A stretch of 64,000 bases of DNA, from NCBI GenBank assembly GCA_020137815.1, contig CM035353.1:1736001-1800000 (forward strand). Reading direction: 5' to 3'. Position numbers and translations under genes: made by a program. The notes beneath the pieces were generated by a model, which was not told the DNA's origin, ran no database searches, and was given only the letters and a program-made list of their open reading frames with translations. The stretch is from Hormiphora californensis. Taxonomy: Eukaryota > Animalia > Ctenophora. Positions 1 to 13,410 of this stretch are shown here, in pieces. How positions within the stretch are numbered: position 1 is the first letter of the stretch; each line of letters starts with the position of its first letter.

Positions 1-239
1 GCCGCACATACAACACAGCTCTTCCCCATTTCAACTAACTTAATGGGATGCCATTCAGTTAGAGTTTCCCCTAACTAACTAACCCCACCCTCCTCTGCAG
101 GTTGGTTGTGGCAAGTTGTCAAGTTATCCAGTCACTGAATATCTTGGAGCTACATTTTGGATGGAACTTTGTAAGGTATCGGTAAAGATTTAAAACCCCA
201 GCCCCCCCCTGCCACAGCCCAAAGCCCGGGGCCGAAGGA

Positions 240-591
<352 letters not shown>

Positions 592-1932
592 TGTTTTGAT
601 TTTGAAAATATGGCTCTCTTATCTATCTGTTGCATGTTGTTATCTTTTATCACCAACCGTCGATGATATAACCGTCATCAATTCTTTATTTTAATTTGTT
701 CTGTGCTGATCTGCTGACTGCTCTACATTCTCGCAATGGGTTATCTTTTTTAATGTATTGTTCTGAATAAAATAAATTATAAATTAACCCTAAATTATTT
801 TCCCAGGACACATGGCTGATGAGGAATCGTTCACTACAACACCGCAACACCACTCTCCAGATATATACAGAATTCTACAAGAGATATATCTACTAAATTA
901 CTACATAAACCAAAAAGGTAAGAAGATGAGGGGGCTGGGGAACTGTATAAAATTCCATATAAAAATGTGTATGAGTCATACTATGACGGACTGTTCTCTA
1001 TGGCTAATTTTATTCACCACCCGCCCCCCCCCCCCCCCCCCCCCCCCCCCCACCCCCGACACTGACAACCATTTCAGCGACGATCACAAAGCTTCTTCAT
1101 TTTCAACTAATTAACACCGTGCTCTCCCCTACAGATTGATAGTTTTGGGGCAAGTTATATCTACTGAATATCTTCTTAACCTTGGAGCTGAACTTTGGAT
1201 GGAATTTTGGAAGGTAGGTGCCGACGAGAGAGACAGAGAGAGAGAGAGGGGGGTGGGGTGGGGCAGAGAGGTAGAGAATTCCTTGTTGCATTTTCACTGT
1301 CCCCTCTTCATTTCTCAATTTTAATCCGTTCTGTGCTCTATATACAGGGTGTTCATATGGGATCTTTACAAGCGTTGGGCTTCACCCAGAAAAAAGTTGA
1401 CAAAATAAGCGTATGAAACTTCATACTTGGACTATTCTATACCCTCATTCAAGGTTCCTGGTGTTTCTGGAGCTCTAATACACCTGGAAGTGTGTTTTTG
1501 GTATCAAAACTACCAGAAGACATTTTTTGCTGGTGCTGGGACTTTGCTAGAATGTTTTTTGGGTATTTTCCATGTCAATTCCAAAGTTTCAAGATGATTG
1601 GATGTGTGGTTTAGTCACCAAGTTCCAAATAAACTGGCTAGAAAGGCCCAAAAACAGCTCAAAAACGGCGAAAATTGATATTTTAGAGTCTTTCCAGGCA
1701 CTTTTTTCGAAATTTTGAGTTCATAAAACACGTCCAATCATGATTAAACTTTGGAATTGACATGTAGAATACCCAAAAAACATTCTAGCAAAGTCGGGGG
1801 GGTGCCGGCCAATAATTAATGAGGATGAGGTCTTGTCCAGCGTTTTTCGAATTAATGAGGGCCCTCAAAAATCCTCAATAATCCTCATTAATCCTCAACA
1901 ATTATTTTATAGTTTTTACAAAAATTTTGACG

Positions 1933-2003
1933 ATTACGCATACTATTACGCATACTATTACGCATACTATTACGCATACTATTACGCATACTATTGGGCA
2001 TAC
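1933..2003. repeat. 12-bp tandem repeat (ATTACGCATACT) x~6
   Basis: Directly visible; gives the YAYY repeats of ORF 1833-2111. Confidence 0.95.
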
Positions 2004-2140
2004 ACATTCCTTAATGGAGTAAAACAGTTAGACAATTTTCCCAGATACCCTGGTGATGGTCCTAAAAACATCCTCAGAAGTCCTCAAAATGAGGCGAAAT
2101 CGTCAATATAAATATGGGGTAAATTTGTGCTGCCTGTGCT

Positions 2141-2186
2141 GCCTCCACTCTGACGCGTGAGGCCCGGGTTCGATTCCCGACCGGGC
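2141..2186 (+). pseudogene. tRNA 3'-half-like fragment (B-box / T-arm)
   Basis: ACGCGTGAGGCCCGGGTTCGATTCCCGACCGG resembles the Gly/Asp/Glu tRNA variable loop and T-arm; no recognisable D-arm or acceptor stem. Confidence 0.5.
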
Positions 2187-3449
2187 CCGGGTGGGGACAC
2201 TTTTTTTAAAACTTTTGAAAACTTTTGAAAACCTTATAAATTACATATTTCTAAAAATTTTCTAGGCATTTATCAGCAAAATCAATGATTTTTGGGATAA
2301 AGTTGGCAGCATATTTGACTGAAAATCGTATTCGGTATTTATCTAAAATTTTGAAAATCTGGGCACCGGGGTCTTGTCAAGCATGTGAAGTTGATAACTT
2401 TGCTAAAAGAAAGCAGTGCTTCAAGTGTGGGAAGCCAAAGAGCACGGGCAAGAGCACTTGAATTGATAATGATAATCAGTGCATTTTATACCTCTAAAAT
2501 ATAATATACATATTACATATTGTTTTTTATCAGGCATTTGCTGTGTTTATGTTTAAATAGAACGAAAAATTTTTGAGGATTTTTGAGGATTTTTGAGGGC
2601 TTGTCCAGCAAATAATAAATGAGGATTTTTGAGGTGACCTCAAAAATCCTCATAAATTCCGGCCGGAACCCCCCCGCAAAGTCTCAGCACCAGCAAAAAA
2701 TTCCTTCTGGTAGTTTTGATACCAAAAACACACTTCCAGGGGTATTAGAGCTCCAGAAACACCAGGAACCTTGAATGAGGGTATAGAATAGTCCAAGTAT
2801 GAAGTGTCATACGCTTATTTTGTCAACTTTTTTCTGGGTGAAGCCCAACGCTTGTAAAGATCCCATATGAACACCCTGTATATATATACTTTGCAGTTTC
2901 CCACTGTAGCAATTAATCGCCGATCACAAGTTTTATAGAGTTTGATAAGTTTTTTAATTTATCGACGATTTTGAATAAAATTAAATAACGAACTAGTTCG
3001 AACCCTAAATATATTTCCTTTTCCAGGGCAGGGGTTATGTGGAATCATGCACCTCAACACTATTACAAATTATCTCAGAGTTTGACAAGAGTTATCTACT
3101 AAATCAATTTTAAGGTAAGGAGATAGGGAGACTGGGGAACTGTTGCCATTTTGGCGACAATCAAAAGCTTCGTTATGATTTAACCCTCCTTTACATTTTA
3201 TCCAGGGTCGAGCAAGACAATACAAGCTTGAACCTAAAGTTTCCCCATTTTTAACTAATTATAACTGCACCTGAAATCCCACAGATTGGTAGTTATCGTG
3301 GCGATGCACTGAATATCTTCTTGGAGCGAAAGTTTGGATGGAAATGGAATTTTGCAATACAAGGTAGGTGCCGCAGATTTAATTCAAGAGTTCTTCTCTC
3401 AAAATTTGAGTGAAACAAAATCATGAAATGACAGTTCGGTAAATCTCCC

Positions 3450-3481
3450 ACTCTCTCTTCTTTCTTCTCTCTTTTTTCACT

Positions 3482-3577
<96 letters not shown>

Positions 3578-3630
3578 TCTCTCTATTTTCTCTCTCTCCC
3601 CCCTCTCTACTCTCTCTCTTTCTCTCCCTG
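3450..3630. repeat. (TC)n microsatellite
   Basis: Directly visible. Confidence 0.95.
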
Positions 3631-4134
3631 TAAATTCGATGGGTCTTTCCACACCCCTTTCAATTTTTGGTAAGCGTGTGAAGCGTGCTAAACGAAGAGT
3701 GTGGGGTGTCTTCGGTACCAAATTTTTTATTTGGGATAGCACTGTGAACATATCATGTACACTACTTTTTACCTTCCGATTGTATATATGACTCAGCTTA
3801 TGTTCATTTCCTGTCAGAGCATTGGCCTGACAGGAGCGCGCAAGAACTGTGGTCAGAGCATTGGCCTGACAGTTCGTTTCACCTTTTTGTCAGGGGAGGG
3901 GGGGTGGGCATGGCCATCGTTGACTGGTAAACCAGTCATTGCATGGTAGCACGGTCTCACTTAGCTTAGATGAGTGTGCTCCGTGAATCGAGTAACCCAT
4001 AAGTTCTCACGAGGGATTCAATATTAACATTAAAAACGCCAAACTTTCTGAATGTATAATCACTATATAAAAGATTAATATTTCATGTACCAAATCATTA
4101 CATTATTTTATTGAATCACTTTTTGTCTCAGTAA

Positions 4135-4400
4135 TTATGGAAGGGTCCCCTTCCCACATCGTAAGAGGAAGTTGGTAAACCCCTCATCTCCTCCCCCAAG
4201 ATGTGCCCTCATGTTGATAGTGAGGCTGAGGGGTACAGTATTAGCCCAGAGAATAGACCGCTTCAAACATGCGTGGACTATTTGCCCTCTGCTTCCTCTT
4301 CGCACAACTGGGAGTGCCTGTTTCCAGTCTCCAGCAAGGACCACGGTGAGCCTTCCAAAAGGTTTTTCACTATCTCGGATCGAGACTTCAAAGACCGGTC
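4135..4400 (-). mobile_element. Helitron Pif1-family helicase fragment
   Basis: VLAGDWKQALPVVRRGSRGQIVHACLKRSILW...LTINMRA matches Pif1/Helitron motifs III-IV (GDFRQxLPV...LxxNMR). Confidence 0.85.
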
Positions 4401-4681
4401 CAATACCTCATACAGATGACGATGAGGAATGTTGCTTCAGTCGGTTCGGTGAAGCTGGTTGTGTTCCCCTGTCTTTTGTTGTGCTCTCTGGTAGAACTGG
4501 TGACAATGTCGTCCAGGGGTTATGACACCAGATGTCTTATTTATGATGGAGTGAACATTTAGTGTCGTCCAGGGGTTTTTGGGTTATTTCCTGCTACTGT
4601 TTTGGTCATGCAGGACCACGAATTCACCTCCAATTATAGAACTGCAGTTCATCGCGACGGCCGACACTGCAGTTATAACTA

Positions 4682-5549
4682 CAGTCGGACCCCGATTTAA
4701 CGGCACCCTCGGGGGAAAGGGTTTTGTCCGTTAAATCGGGGTGTCCGTTAAATCGGGGTAGAGCATATTTGGCCCATAAAACCCTATTTTTGTCCAAAAT
4801 ACTATATTAAAACACCTCTAAGTAAATGCAATGTCCATGTATTGATTACATGATCATTTCTGATTAGAAAAAGAAAATAATTTTTAAAAAAATTAAAAAA
4901 ATTTATAAAGATTTTCTAAGGTACATGTACTATATCAACCACGTCCGAATCGTGTTTCGAATCAGTGCATCTTATCGCATGTCTTGCTGCTAATTAGACG
5001 GTTCGAGACGAACCGATACGTGATACCATTACCATGCCGAATCGGGGCACTTTAAGTGGGGTGAGGAAGAATTCGAATTTCAAAATATCTTTTTCTCTGA
5101 AAATTCATGGGGAGCACCGATCAAAGCATTGACAATCATTCTGTAAAATTTTGCAAAAAAAAGTTATGAAAATTTTTCAAAGATATATCAACCACGTCCA
5201 AATCGTGTTTCGAATCAGTGCATATTATCGCACGTCCTGTCGCTAATTAGACGGTTCGAAACGAACCGATACGTGATCCCCATGGGGCCAGTTTAACGAG
5301 CGTCAAAATTGCGATTCGATGGGCCTCATGGGGATCACATATCTGTTCGTTTCGAACCGTCTAATTACCGGCAAGACATGCAATAAGATGCACCGATTCG
5401 AAACACGATTCGGAAGTGGTTGAAACATCTTTGAAAAATTTTTTCAAAATTTTCAAAAAAAAATTTTCAAAAATGTTTTGGGGGAAATTTATCCTGCCGT
5501 TAAATCGGGGTGCCGCTAAATCGGGGGCCGTTAAATCGGGGTCCGACTG
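4682..5549. mobile_element. Non-autonomous TA-flanked TIR element (CAGTCGGACCCCGATTTA family), long form
   Basis: TIRs CAGTCGGACCCCGATTTAACGGC / GCCGTTAAATCGGGGTCCGACTG; TA on both sides; internal TAAATCGGGG repeats. Confidence 0.9.
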
Positions 5550-5574
5550 TATAATAGTTATAGAGACTTCAATG

Positions 5575-5955
5575 AAGAGGTAGTTGCGGATGAAAGAAAG
5601 TATCTTGCCATCAACATTGAATCTGTTTTTCAGTTTGTCTAGAATCAAGTCGTGGTTGCAGCTATCGAAAGCATTACTAAAATCGAAATAAATGATATCA
5701 GAGGCTCGTTTGTTATTGTCAGACTGCACAAGGTCATTGTAGAATGAGACAAGCTGGGTGAGGCAGGATCTGCCAGGTGGAAAACCATGTTGTCTATCAT
5801 CTATTTTGTCAATGCAGTAGTCTAGTAAAGTCTGGGTGACAAGTCTCTCATAAATCTTGCTTGCAATACAAGTCAAAGAAATAGGACGGTAGTTCCTAGC
5901 ATCCCTCTTATCCCCGGACTTGTGAACAGGGACTACATTGGCCGACTTCCAGACT
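5575..5955 (-). mobile_element. LINE (CR1/L2-like) reverse transcriptase fragment
   Basis: WKSANVVPVHKSGDK..NYRPISLTC..QHGF..GRSCLTQL..IYFDFSNAFD. Confidence 0.92.
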
Positions 5956-5966
5956 GATGTTTGATC

Positions 5967-6720
5967 GGGGGGTACGTCACCTTTTTTTTTGCCCACTGCC
6001 CACATTATTCTTAAGTTTTGAATTTGCCCACATGGGCAAAAGTGGGCAAAAGTGGGCAAAAGTAGGCAAAAGTAGGCAAAAAATTTAAATCCATAAAAAA
6101 TATATGCTATCAACCAGGTAATCGTCTGTGACAAAGGGTTTTCACCACCAATGCCCTCCTAGAGGTCCCCCCTATCGATTCCAACCGATAATTTATTTGC
6201 TCAGGGTTGATAAGGCTCCATATCCAACTGGGAAAATGGGCAAAATATGTTGGCAAAATTAGGAAAATTGGTCATTTTAGGCACGTTTCTCACATGGTTT
6301 GAGTGGAAAATTTTTCTGGTTTTTCTGGGACCCCATTGGAGTACAATGCAAGTGGAAAACCTTTGTTATGTATCAGTTCCCTAAATAGCCCCAAAATGAC
6401 GAAAAATCACTGGCCTTTGCCTAATTTTGCCAAATTTTTTTGCCCACTTTTGTCCAGTCGGACATAGAGCCTTATCAACCCTAAGTCATAAGTAAGTACA
6501 TTAATTATCGGTTGGAATCGATAGAGGGGACCTCTTGGAAGACATTGGAGGTGAAAAACATTTGTCACAGAGGGTTTTCTGGTTAAGTTTTGATGCTTAT
6601 AATATTTTTGCCCACTTTTTGCCCACTTTGCCCACATTATACCTGTTTTTTGAGATTTTGGTTTGCCCATGTGGGCAAATGTGGGCAAAAGTGGGCAAAA
6701 TAAAAGGTGACGACCCCCCC
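5967..6720. mobile_element. Non-autonomous TIR element with G-run termini and 8-bp TSD
   Basis: TIRs GGGGGGTACGTCACCTTTT / AAAAGGTGACGACCCCCCC; exact TSD GTTTGATC at 5959-5966 and 6721-6728; internal GGGCAAAAGT repeats. Confidence 0.9.
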
Positions 6721-7012
6721 GTTTGATCTTATCGTCTAGTTCAGCAACCCTACTCTCTAATACAGCAACTCTATCAAGGCTGGCACGGTGGGTTACCAAG
6801 ATAGCAAAGAGGATATCATTAAGATCGGCATTACCTATCTTCTCTTTCAGCTGTTGCTTTGAGGTAATTTCAACTTCTCCAGGAAACAAATCAAGAATAG
6901 GATTGGACTGGGGAATTTTGCTTTCTACAAATGTTATCCCTATCACTGATCAGCATCACCCAACTGTTTATAAATTAAAGCATATAATGTACTTACTACA
7001 TAATGTACTTCC

Positions 7013-7087
7013 ATTCGATGCTGGAGCCCAAGTAGTGTTCCATGGTGTTTGAATAATGTCGAATGCTTTCTTCAGGTCAATAAAGAG
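7013..7087 (+). repeat. Leader + anti-DxxKAFD cassette, copy A
   Basis: ATTCGATGCTGGAGCCCAAGTAGTGTTCCATGGTGTTTGAA, then a segment whose reverse complement reads LFIDLKKAFDI. Confidence 0.8.
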
Positions 7088-9164
7088 GTAAAACTCGTCA
7101 TTTCTTAGACAGTTTAAAGAGATTTTTTCGATGAACCTCTATTATTTTTTTGCTTTGGATCCCTAAGGCTATATATATATATATAAGGCTAAGGATATAA
7201 GGTGTACCTGAGCTGTGTAGAGTTCTGCACACATTGGCAGCAGAGCCATCTCGTAGCTTTCAAAGTCTTTGTGTTCTAGTTGTAGAAAATCTCTGTGATA
7301 TAGGACTCCTCCTTCCAAGCGAGCAGTCTTTACAAATGGGTAAAACTGGTCATTTCTTAGACAGTTTAAAGAGATTTTCTCGACACACCTCCAGTAGTTT
7401 TGTGGTTGGGATCCCTAAGGTGTACTTCTTGTTATGTGTACCTGCGATAGTTGGGGGGGGGGGGGTCCCCTCCTGTGTAGGCTGCAGCCTCGCTTGGGAC
7501 TGGTAGGCACTAGGCAGTCCATTGTCCATATCATTACAATGAGGGGCCACGCGTAAAACCTCCTGGTATCCAGGGCCCGCCAGGTAACCTCCTCCAGCTC
7601 GGGTATGGCTTCTAGACAGTCGCACCAGAGAGGAGGTACTTCATCAACCGGCTCTGCTGCCATCTCCGGGATCTGCGGGTAGGGTTCTGGAATAGGGACC
7701 AGTGGGGGCGGTGCCGTCCTGGGTACCACGTTCACCGACAGAGGCTCCAAAATTCCAGCATCCGCAACTAGTTGTCTCACCCGGTCGTCCAGGTCTGGTA
7801 GGCACTAGGCAGTCCATTGTCCATATCATTTATTTATTTCTGTTATGACGTTATGAGTATGTGCTCCATCTTACTTGCCTTATGTCTGTCCCTTTGAATA
7901 TGTACTCAAATTCACATAGGTGTAAATAAACTCTTCCTAATAACGGACTCTAAATGAGCTACTAGCGAGAGGTGAATCCCATTACCTCTTGGGCTGAGGA
8001 TCGGGGGGCCACCAGTTTTCCAGTACTTAGTGGCAGACCAGTGCGTATCAAGGAAGCGAAGGTTAGGAAGGGAGCGTGAAAAGTCGAAAACTAAATTATT
8101 TATACACTCAAATTCACATAGGCATGTGTCAGCTGGTAATGGAGCCTCCCGATTACCTGTACCCAATTTCCAAAAGCCACCTCCTTTCTCCCGAAACCCT
8201 TATATACGGAGTCCGTCAGGTTTAGAACTTGCTTAGTACTAGTAGTCAATTGGGCCTGGGGCCGCTTGATTTTGGGGATCACATTCCTCTATAAGTTATA
8301 ATATAAGTGATATATATATATAATATTCTTACATTCGATAATCCACAAGCAGAACCTCTCATCTGATTCACCCAAGTTGTTGGTAGGTTGTTGGTAGGTT
8401 GTTGATAGTTGTTGATTGTTGGTAATAAACGAAGTCTAGAGATTGAAGTGAAATGACATACTTGACCTTCACCCGTTGCCCCCGTTACTCGATACATGCT
8501 GGGTACACCTTGGTGGCTTGGTGCATCTTGGGCTCACCCACATGCATCGTTACATGATGTGATTGCCATAGTATAAGCACTCGGTAACCCTTCCTGTTCA
8601 GATGAACCCCGTCTCTGCTGAATAGCCGATAGTTGTAAGACTTGAAGACTGTCGAAATCTTTTCTGTAATCCACAAACAGTGCCTGGCCAGGATCACGTG
8701 TTCCAGTTGGCGAAGTGTTCAAGGTTAGAATTGGAAGAGGGAGGTGGGTTGGCAAAGGTGCGTTGGAATGGGCAGCTGTAAGTTGTTGTTATGTGCTCCA
8801 TCCATCTTTATACTTTGCATATGGTGTCTGGGCCACATTTAACATCGAATGCTTTCCTAAAACCTATAAAAGTGCCAGAATGCCACGTAAGCTAAGTTTA
8901 ATTCGATTACAAATAACCCATTGTACCTCTGATGCACTCCTACCGGAGATAAAAATACTTTTGTTATCTGCAAACTACTAATTTTAGTATCATTGGAGTA
9001 TAGAACTATTATATCAATATTATATTATATCCATGAGGTGTTATAAGCGTTCTGATTACAACGATGTCCTTGTATCCATTCCCAGAACCGTGAGGGATTT
9101 CATTTTATTACACTCCACATACTCCTGCTTCAATTGTTTGCTGGTAACGATTGCAGAAATTTCC

Positions 9165-9980
9165 ACTTTGGCCAATCTCCTCGTCCCTGGGTCCGACGGG
9201 CACTACCGTAGCAGCTTGTGGAGGAGATCTGTAACGGATCTCCTCCACAAGCTGCTGCAAAAAGTGCTGCTGCAGGCGGAGAAGATGCATCTGCCTATCG
9301 CCTTGCAGCACTATTAGGCAAATAAAGAGTACAATTGCGACAACCACAACTGCTATTATGGTTGCCCGACTCTTCTCCCATAGTTTGCCCAACTAATTTT
9401 CCACCTTTTCCCACAGCTCAGCTCTTCAACCGTTTCCTTTCGTACCTCGTTCGGGCACTTCTTCGCCTGTAATTGAAAGACATCATATATATTGAGCTAT
9501 TCTCAAAACAAAATCTAACATATATTCAGTTATCAAAATGGTCACTAAGTTTCAGGATATCAAGTCAATTATTCCATCTCGATTTTAATTATTCGGGAAC
9601 AAGTTACTTACATTTTACAACTGTATCCGGATTCAGGGACCGGTAGCCGGTACACCCGTTGCAGCTGTGTCGTGATGCTCTAACACACCTGGGGCCATAT
9701 GCCACACCATGTATCGTTAGGGAGGAGGTGCAGTGATGACCTTCCCTGGGTCGTCACATGTACACGGGTCTAAAAAAAGAGTTTTTAGCTGTTAGTTTTG
9801 GTTGAATACAAAACGTCACATGTCAACCTCATCTATGTAAAGTAATGAACCGGCACCCTCCCAATCTCACCAGCTGCTATGGCCCCAAGGTGCTTCGATA
9901 TTACAGTGCATTCCTCTCTGAAGTTGTCCCCGACGTCCAGGGGTACGTGCCACAAACTCCATTACTCGTCTGAGAAAGAA
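9165..9980 (-). pseudogene. Spliced Cys-rich single-pass membrane protein remnant, copy 1
   Basis: Minus-strand AG/GT-bounded exons (DPCTCDDPG..GPRC..SCNGC..; ..RATIIAVVVVAIVLFICLIVLQ) with in-frame stops; duplicated at 11820-12640. Confidence 0.45.
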
Positions 9981-10760
9981 GAAGTGTCAGGGTTAGGTAG
10001 AGGTCAAGTAATAACTCAGTGGGACTACGGACACAAACCCTCACGCTCAAACTTACGGGCATGTCCCGTTTTTTGAGGGTGCTGTCACCGTCCACTTTGA
10101 GTCCCGGTGTGGTTTCGAGGTACAGAAACCTAATGGGAGGACTTTGTTGACAAAGTCTAGAGAGGTGACGGCCAAGCTCTATGGTTTTTCAAGGATGTCG
10201 GAAGCTAATTTCGCCTAATCTAGGTATATTACAAAACTTATATAATTTGAGGGATACACTACATATTCTATAGTTGTTTTCGAGGTACCCTCCTTTATTA
10301 TAATCCCTTTTGTAGTATTTTTTATTGTGAAAAACTTAAAACTGGAAATTGGGGTGGGGGGGGGGGGGGGCTCAGATTATCATTTTAGTAGATTCGATTA
10401 GAATTTTTTAAATTATTTAGTGCTAATTTTTCGATAGCACTACAGCTGACTGCTACAGCTCTATAGTTATTTGGGTCGCCTGCATTCCATATACTGCTCT
10501 TAGGATGAAGCCAACCATTCGCTCCCCCATGTCGAATATTATATAGCCTGTTATTTATATATAGACAAGGAGGTTTTATCCCAGACACATCGTTATACCA
10601 GTGTCATGCCTCTTGATCCACTGCTTCATGGTGTCCACCGTGGCCTGTTTTCCAGGAATCCTGGTCTCCTCCAAGATATCATCATAATTAGGTAAAGACA
10701 CTTAGATCAAAGGCAGCACTAAAAGGTTTAATAGAACAACAAATAGTGGTGAAGTCAGTA

Positions 10761-11516
10761 ACGGGTGATAACTAAAAGATGTCACAAATTTAAAACAGCT
10801 GTAGAATTTTTCCCTTATGAGATACAGCTTCGGGCCAGTTATAGAACGATTTTTCAGACAATTTTGAATCGGGATAATATACCGGCAAAACCTAAAAAGT
10901 TCATTTTTATTGCGATATCTGATCATTTCATCTTGTCGCACCAAAGCATGTAGTACGGAGATTTGAAATTTCTATGTGATCAGAAATGACTTTTCCAATG
11001 AGATAAAATTCTAAAAATTGGAGCTTTGGTTGTTCATGCCATAGCCAACATAACTGCCAAGTTTGAACATTTTAGCTCATTAAGAAATTGGTTTTCACGG
11101 TCATTAATGTTTCAAGAGATCGTCGAAATGGCGATTTCTCAAATTACCTGTAAACTACGCTTTGTTACAGAAGATTCTGATCAGGAAATTGAGACTTATG
11201 AAGTTTGAAACAAAGTTAATTTCGTTCAAAATTGTCTGATAAATCATTCTGTCACTGTCTCGAAGCTGAATCTTGAAAAGAACAGGTGCTAGAGGTGCTA
11301 GAAAAGTGTGTAAATTTCACGTACTAAATGCTTTGGTGGGGCAAAAGGAAATGATGTGATATCGCAATGAAAACGAACTTTTTAGTCTTTGCCGGTATAT
11401 TATTCCGATTCAAAATTGTCTGAAAAATCGTTTTATAACTGGCCCGAAGCTGTATCTCAAAAGGGAAAAATTCTACAGCTGTTTTAAATTTGTGACATCT
11501 TTTAGTTATCACCCGT
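10761..11516. mobile_element. Fold-back element, TA target duplication
   Basis: Arms ACGGGTGATAACTAAAAGATGTCAC / GTGACATCTTTTAGTTATCACCCGT; the paralogous empty site GAAGTCAGTATTGTCAATAA at ~14060 confirms the TA TSD. Confidence 0.92.
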
Positions 11517-11819
11517 TATTGTCAATAATATCTTTGTTAGATCTGCAGTAAGATAGGTTACGTCAAGTGATTTGACATACATTTATAAATTAACATATAC
11601 TTTTATTTATTATTAACATGTACTTTTATTCGATGCCGTAGATAATGGTTTCACCTTTAGTCTCATCTTTAAACTTGCCTAACACCGCCTAATTATTATC
11701 CAATCGAGATAAAGAAACAAAAAAACATTGGTAATATAAATTACATACAATACATCTATTCAGATGTTTAATAACACTCATAAATAGTTAGTAATCTAGT
11801 CTTCAAAGACCAGGGAAAG

Positions 11820-12640
11820 GCCACTTTGGCCAATCTCCTCGTCCCTGGGTCCGACGGGCACTACAGATCTCCTCCACAAGCTGCTGCAAAGAGTGCTGCA
11901 GGCTACTGGCTGCATCTGCCTATAGCCTTGCAGCACTCTTAGCCCTTAGGCAAATAAACAGTACAATTGCGACAACCACAACTGCTAGTATGGTTACCCG
12001 ACTCTTCTCCCATAGTTTGCCCTACTAATTTTCCACCTTTTCCCGCACCTCCTCTTCAACCGTTTCCTTTCATACCTCGTTCGGGCCCTCCACTTCTTCG
12101 CCTGTAATTGAAAATGAATCATCATATATATTGAGCTATTCTCAAAACAAAATCTAACATATTCAGTTATCAAATTGGTCACTAAGTTTCAGGATATCAA
12201 GTCAATTATTCCACCTCGATTTTAATTGTTTTATTACAACTGTATTAATTGTTTTATTACAACTGTATCCGGATTCAGGGACCGGTAGTCGGTACACCCG
12301 TTGCAGCTGTGTTGTCTTGCTCTAACACACCTGGGGCCATATGCCACACCATGTATCGTTAGGGAGGAGGTGGTGATGACCTTCCCTGGGTCGTCACATG
12401 TACACGGGTCTAAAAAAGAGTTTTTAGCTGTTAGTTTTAGTAGAATACAAAATAAAACGTCACATGTCAACTTCATTTATATAAAGTAATGAACCGGCAC
12501 CCTCCCAATCTCACCAGCTGCTATGGCCCCAAGGTGCTTCGATCTATTACAGTGCATTCCTCTCTGAAGTTGTCCCCGACGTCCAGGGGTATTCCACAAA
12601 CTCCATTTCTCGTCTGAGAAAGAAGAGGTGTCAGGGTTAG
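11820..12640 (-). pseudogene. Duplicate of 9165-9980 (spliced Cys-rich TM remnant, copy 2)
   Basis: High identity to 9165-9980 with indels. Confidence 0.5.
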
Positions 12641-12782
12641 GTCTCTCAATGGATCCATATTCCTCACGGCATTAAGCAGGTTTATTTCCTGCCAGTAGTC
12701 GTGTGTACTGTGTATCATTCATTATTTCAATTCAGGGTTTCCATAGAGGATTTTATAAGTTTTAAAACTAGTACATATATAA

Positions 12783-12868
12783 TATTCTTTTCGATGCCGT
12801 GCCGTAGCCAAAGCAGTGCTCCATGTTATTTGAAAAATGTCGAATGCTTTAGAGTAGTCAACGAAGAC
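12783..12868 (+). repeat. Leader + anti-DxxKAFD cassette, copy C
   Basis: Same leader; reverse complement of the variable part reads VFVDYSKAFDI. Confidence 0.8.
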
Positions 12869-13323
12869 TCATTGTCTTTTCTTAGTGATCAGTTTATGGA
12901 GATATTCTAAATGGCCCAGCAGGTCTAGTTGGCATCCATCCGTTATTTCCTGGATGTATAGGTACCCATTCAGTGACAGCAGGAAACTGTCAAGTTTTCC
13001 ATACAGGGCAACAAATACAATTAATAAAAATGTTAAAATTGGAAAACCATATTTCTCAGGGTGTATACCTCTGATTGATTTGCTGCTTGTTCCACTTCCT
13101 CATAGAGCCAGAAACCATATATGCTGTTCTTTAGTCGGATAGGGTCCAAAATGCTTGTAAAGTTGTATTGTACTTCTCACGACTCACACTACGCATTGAA
13201 GAAAAGGTATTTGAAACTGATGGACAGATAATTTCAAGCAATTATTCACAACTCACCAATTACCGGGTTCTACATTTCAGATTATATGTAAGTTATGAAT
13301 ATAGTTTATAAATGAGCATTTAA

Positions 13324-13410
13324 TATTCTTTCATTCAATACCGGAGCCCAAGCAGTGCTCCATGCATGGTAAAGAATGTCAAAAGCCTTTGAGAAATCGA
13401 AGTAAATGAT
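13324..13410 (+). repeat. Leader + anti-DxxKAFD cassette, copy D
   Basis: Leader CCGGAGCCCAAGCAGTGCTCCATG; variable part reads IIYFDFSKAFDI. Confidence 0.8.

Larger units (their letters stand above)
1796..2675. mobile_element. Nested non-autonomous TIR element with G-run termini and 8-bp TSD
   Basis: TIRs GGGGGGGTGCCGGCC / GGCCGGAACCCCCCC; exact TSD GCAAAGTC at 1788-1795 and 2676-2683. Confidence 0.9.
1345..2878. mobile_element. Non-autonomous fold-back DNA transposon (TA-flanked, Tc1/mariner-type ends) with nested insertion
   Basis: Long inverted arms TA|CAGGGTGTTCATATGGGATCTTTACAAGCG ... CGCTTGTAAAGATCCCATATGAACACCCTG|TA; a related uninterrupted copy lies at 18725-19366. Confidence 0.9.

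Noticed and set aside
2141-2186. Functional tRNA gene
   Set aside because: Only a T-arm/B-box region is recognisable; no D-arm or acceptor stem
3293-3751. 152-aa RE-repeat ORF
   Set aside because: It is a translation of the (TC)n microsatellite
5361-6134. 257-aa RT ORF as a gene
   Set aside because: It is a chance read-through of a TIR element, a LINE fragment and a MITE
10225-10255. Spliced-leader RNA gene (TATATAATTTGAG resembles a ctenophore SL 3' end)
   Set aside because: No GT donor or Sm site follows, and the match is short and AT-rich
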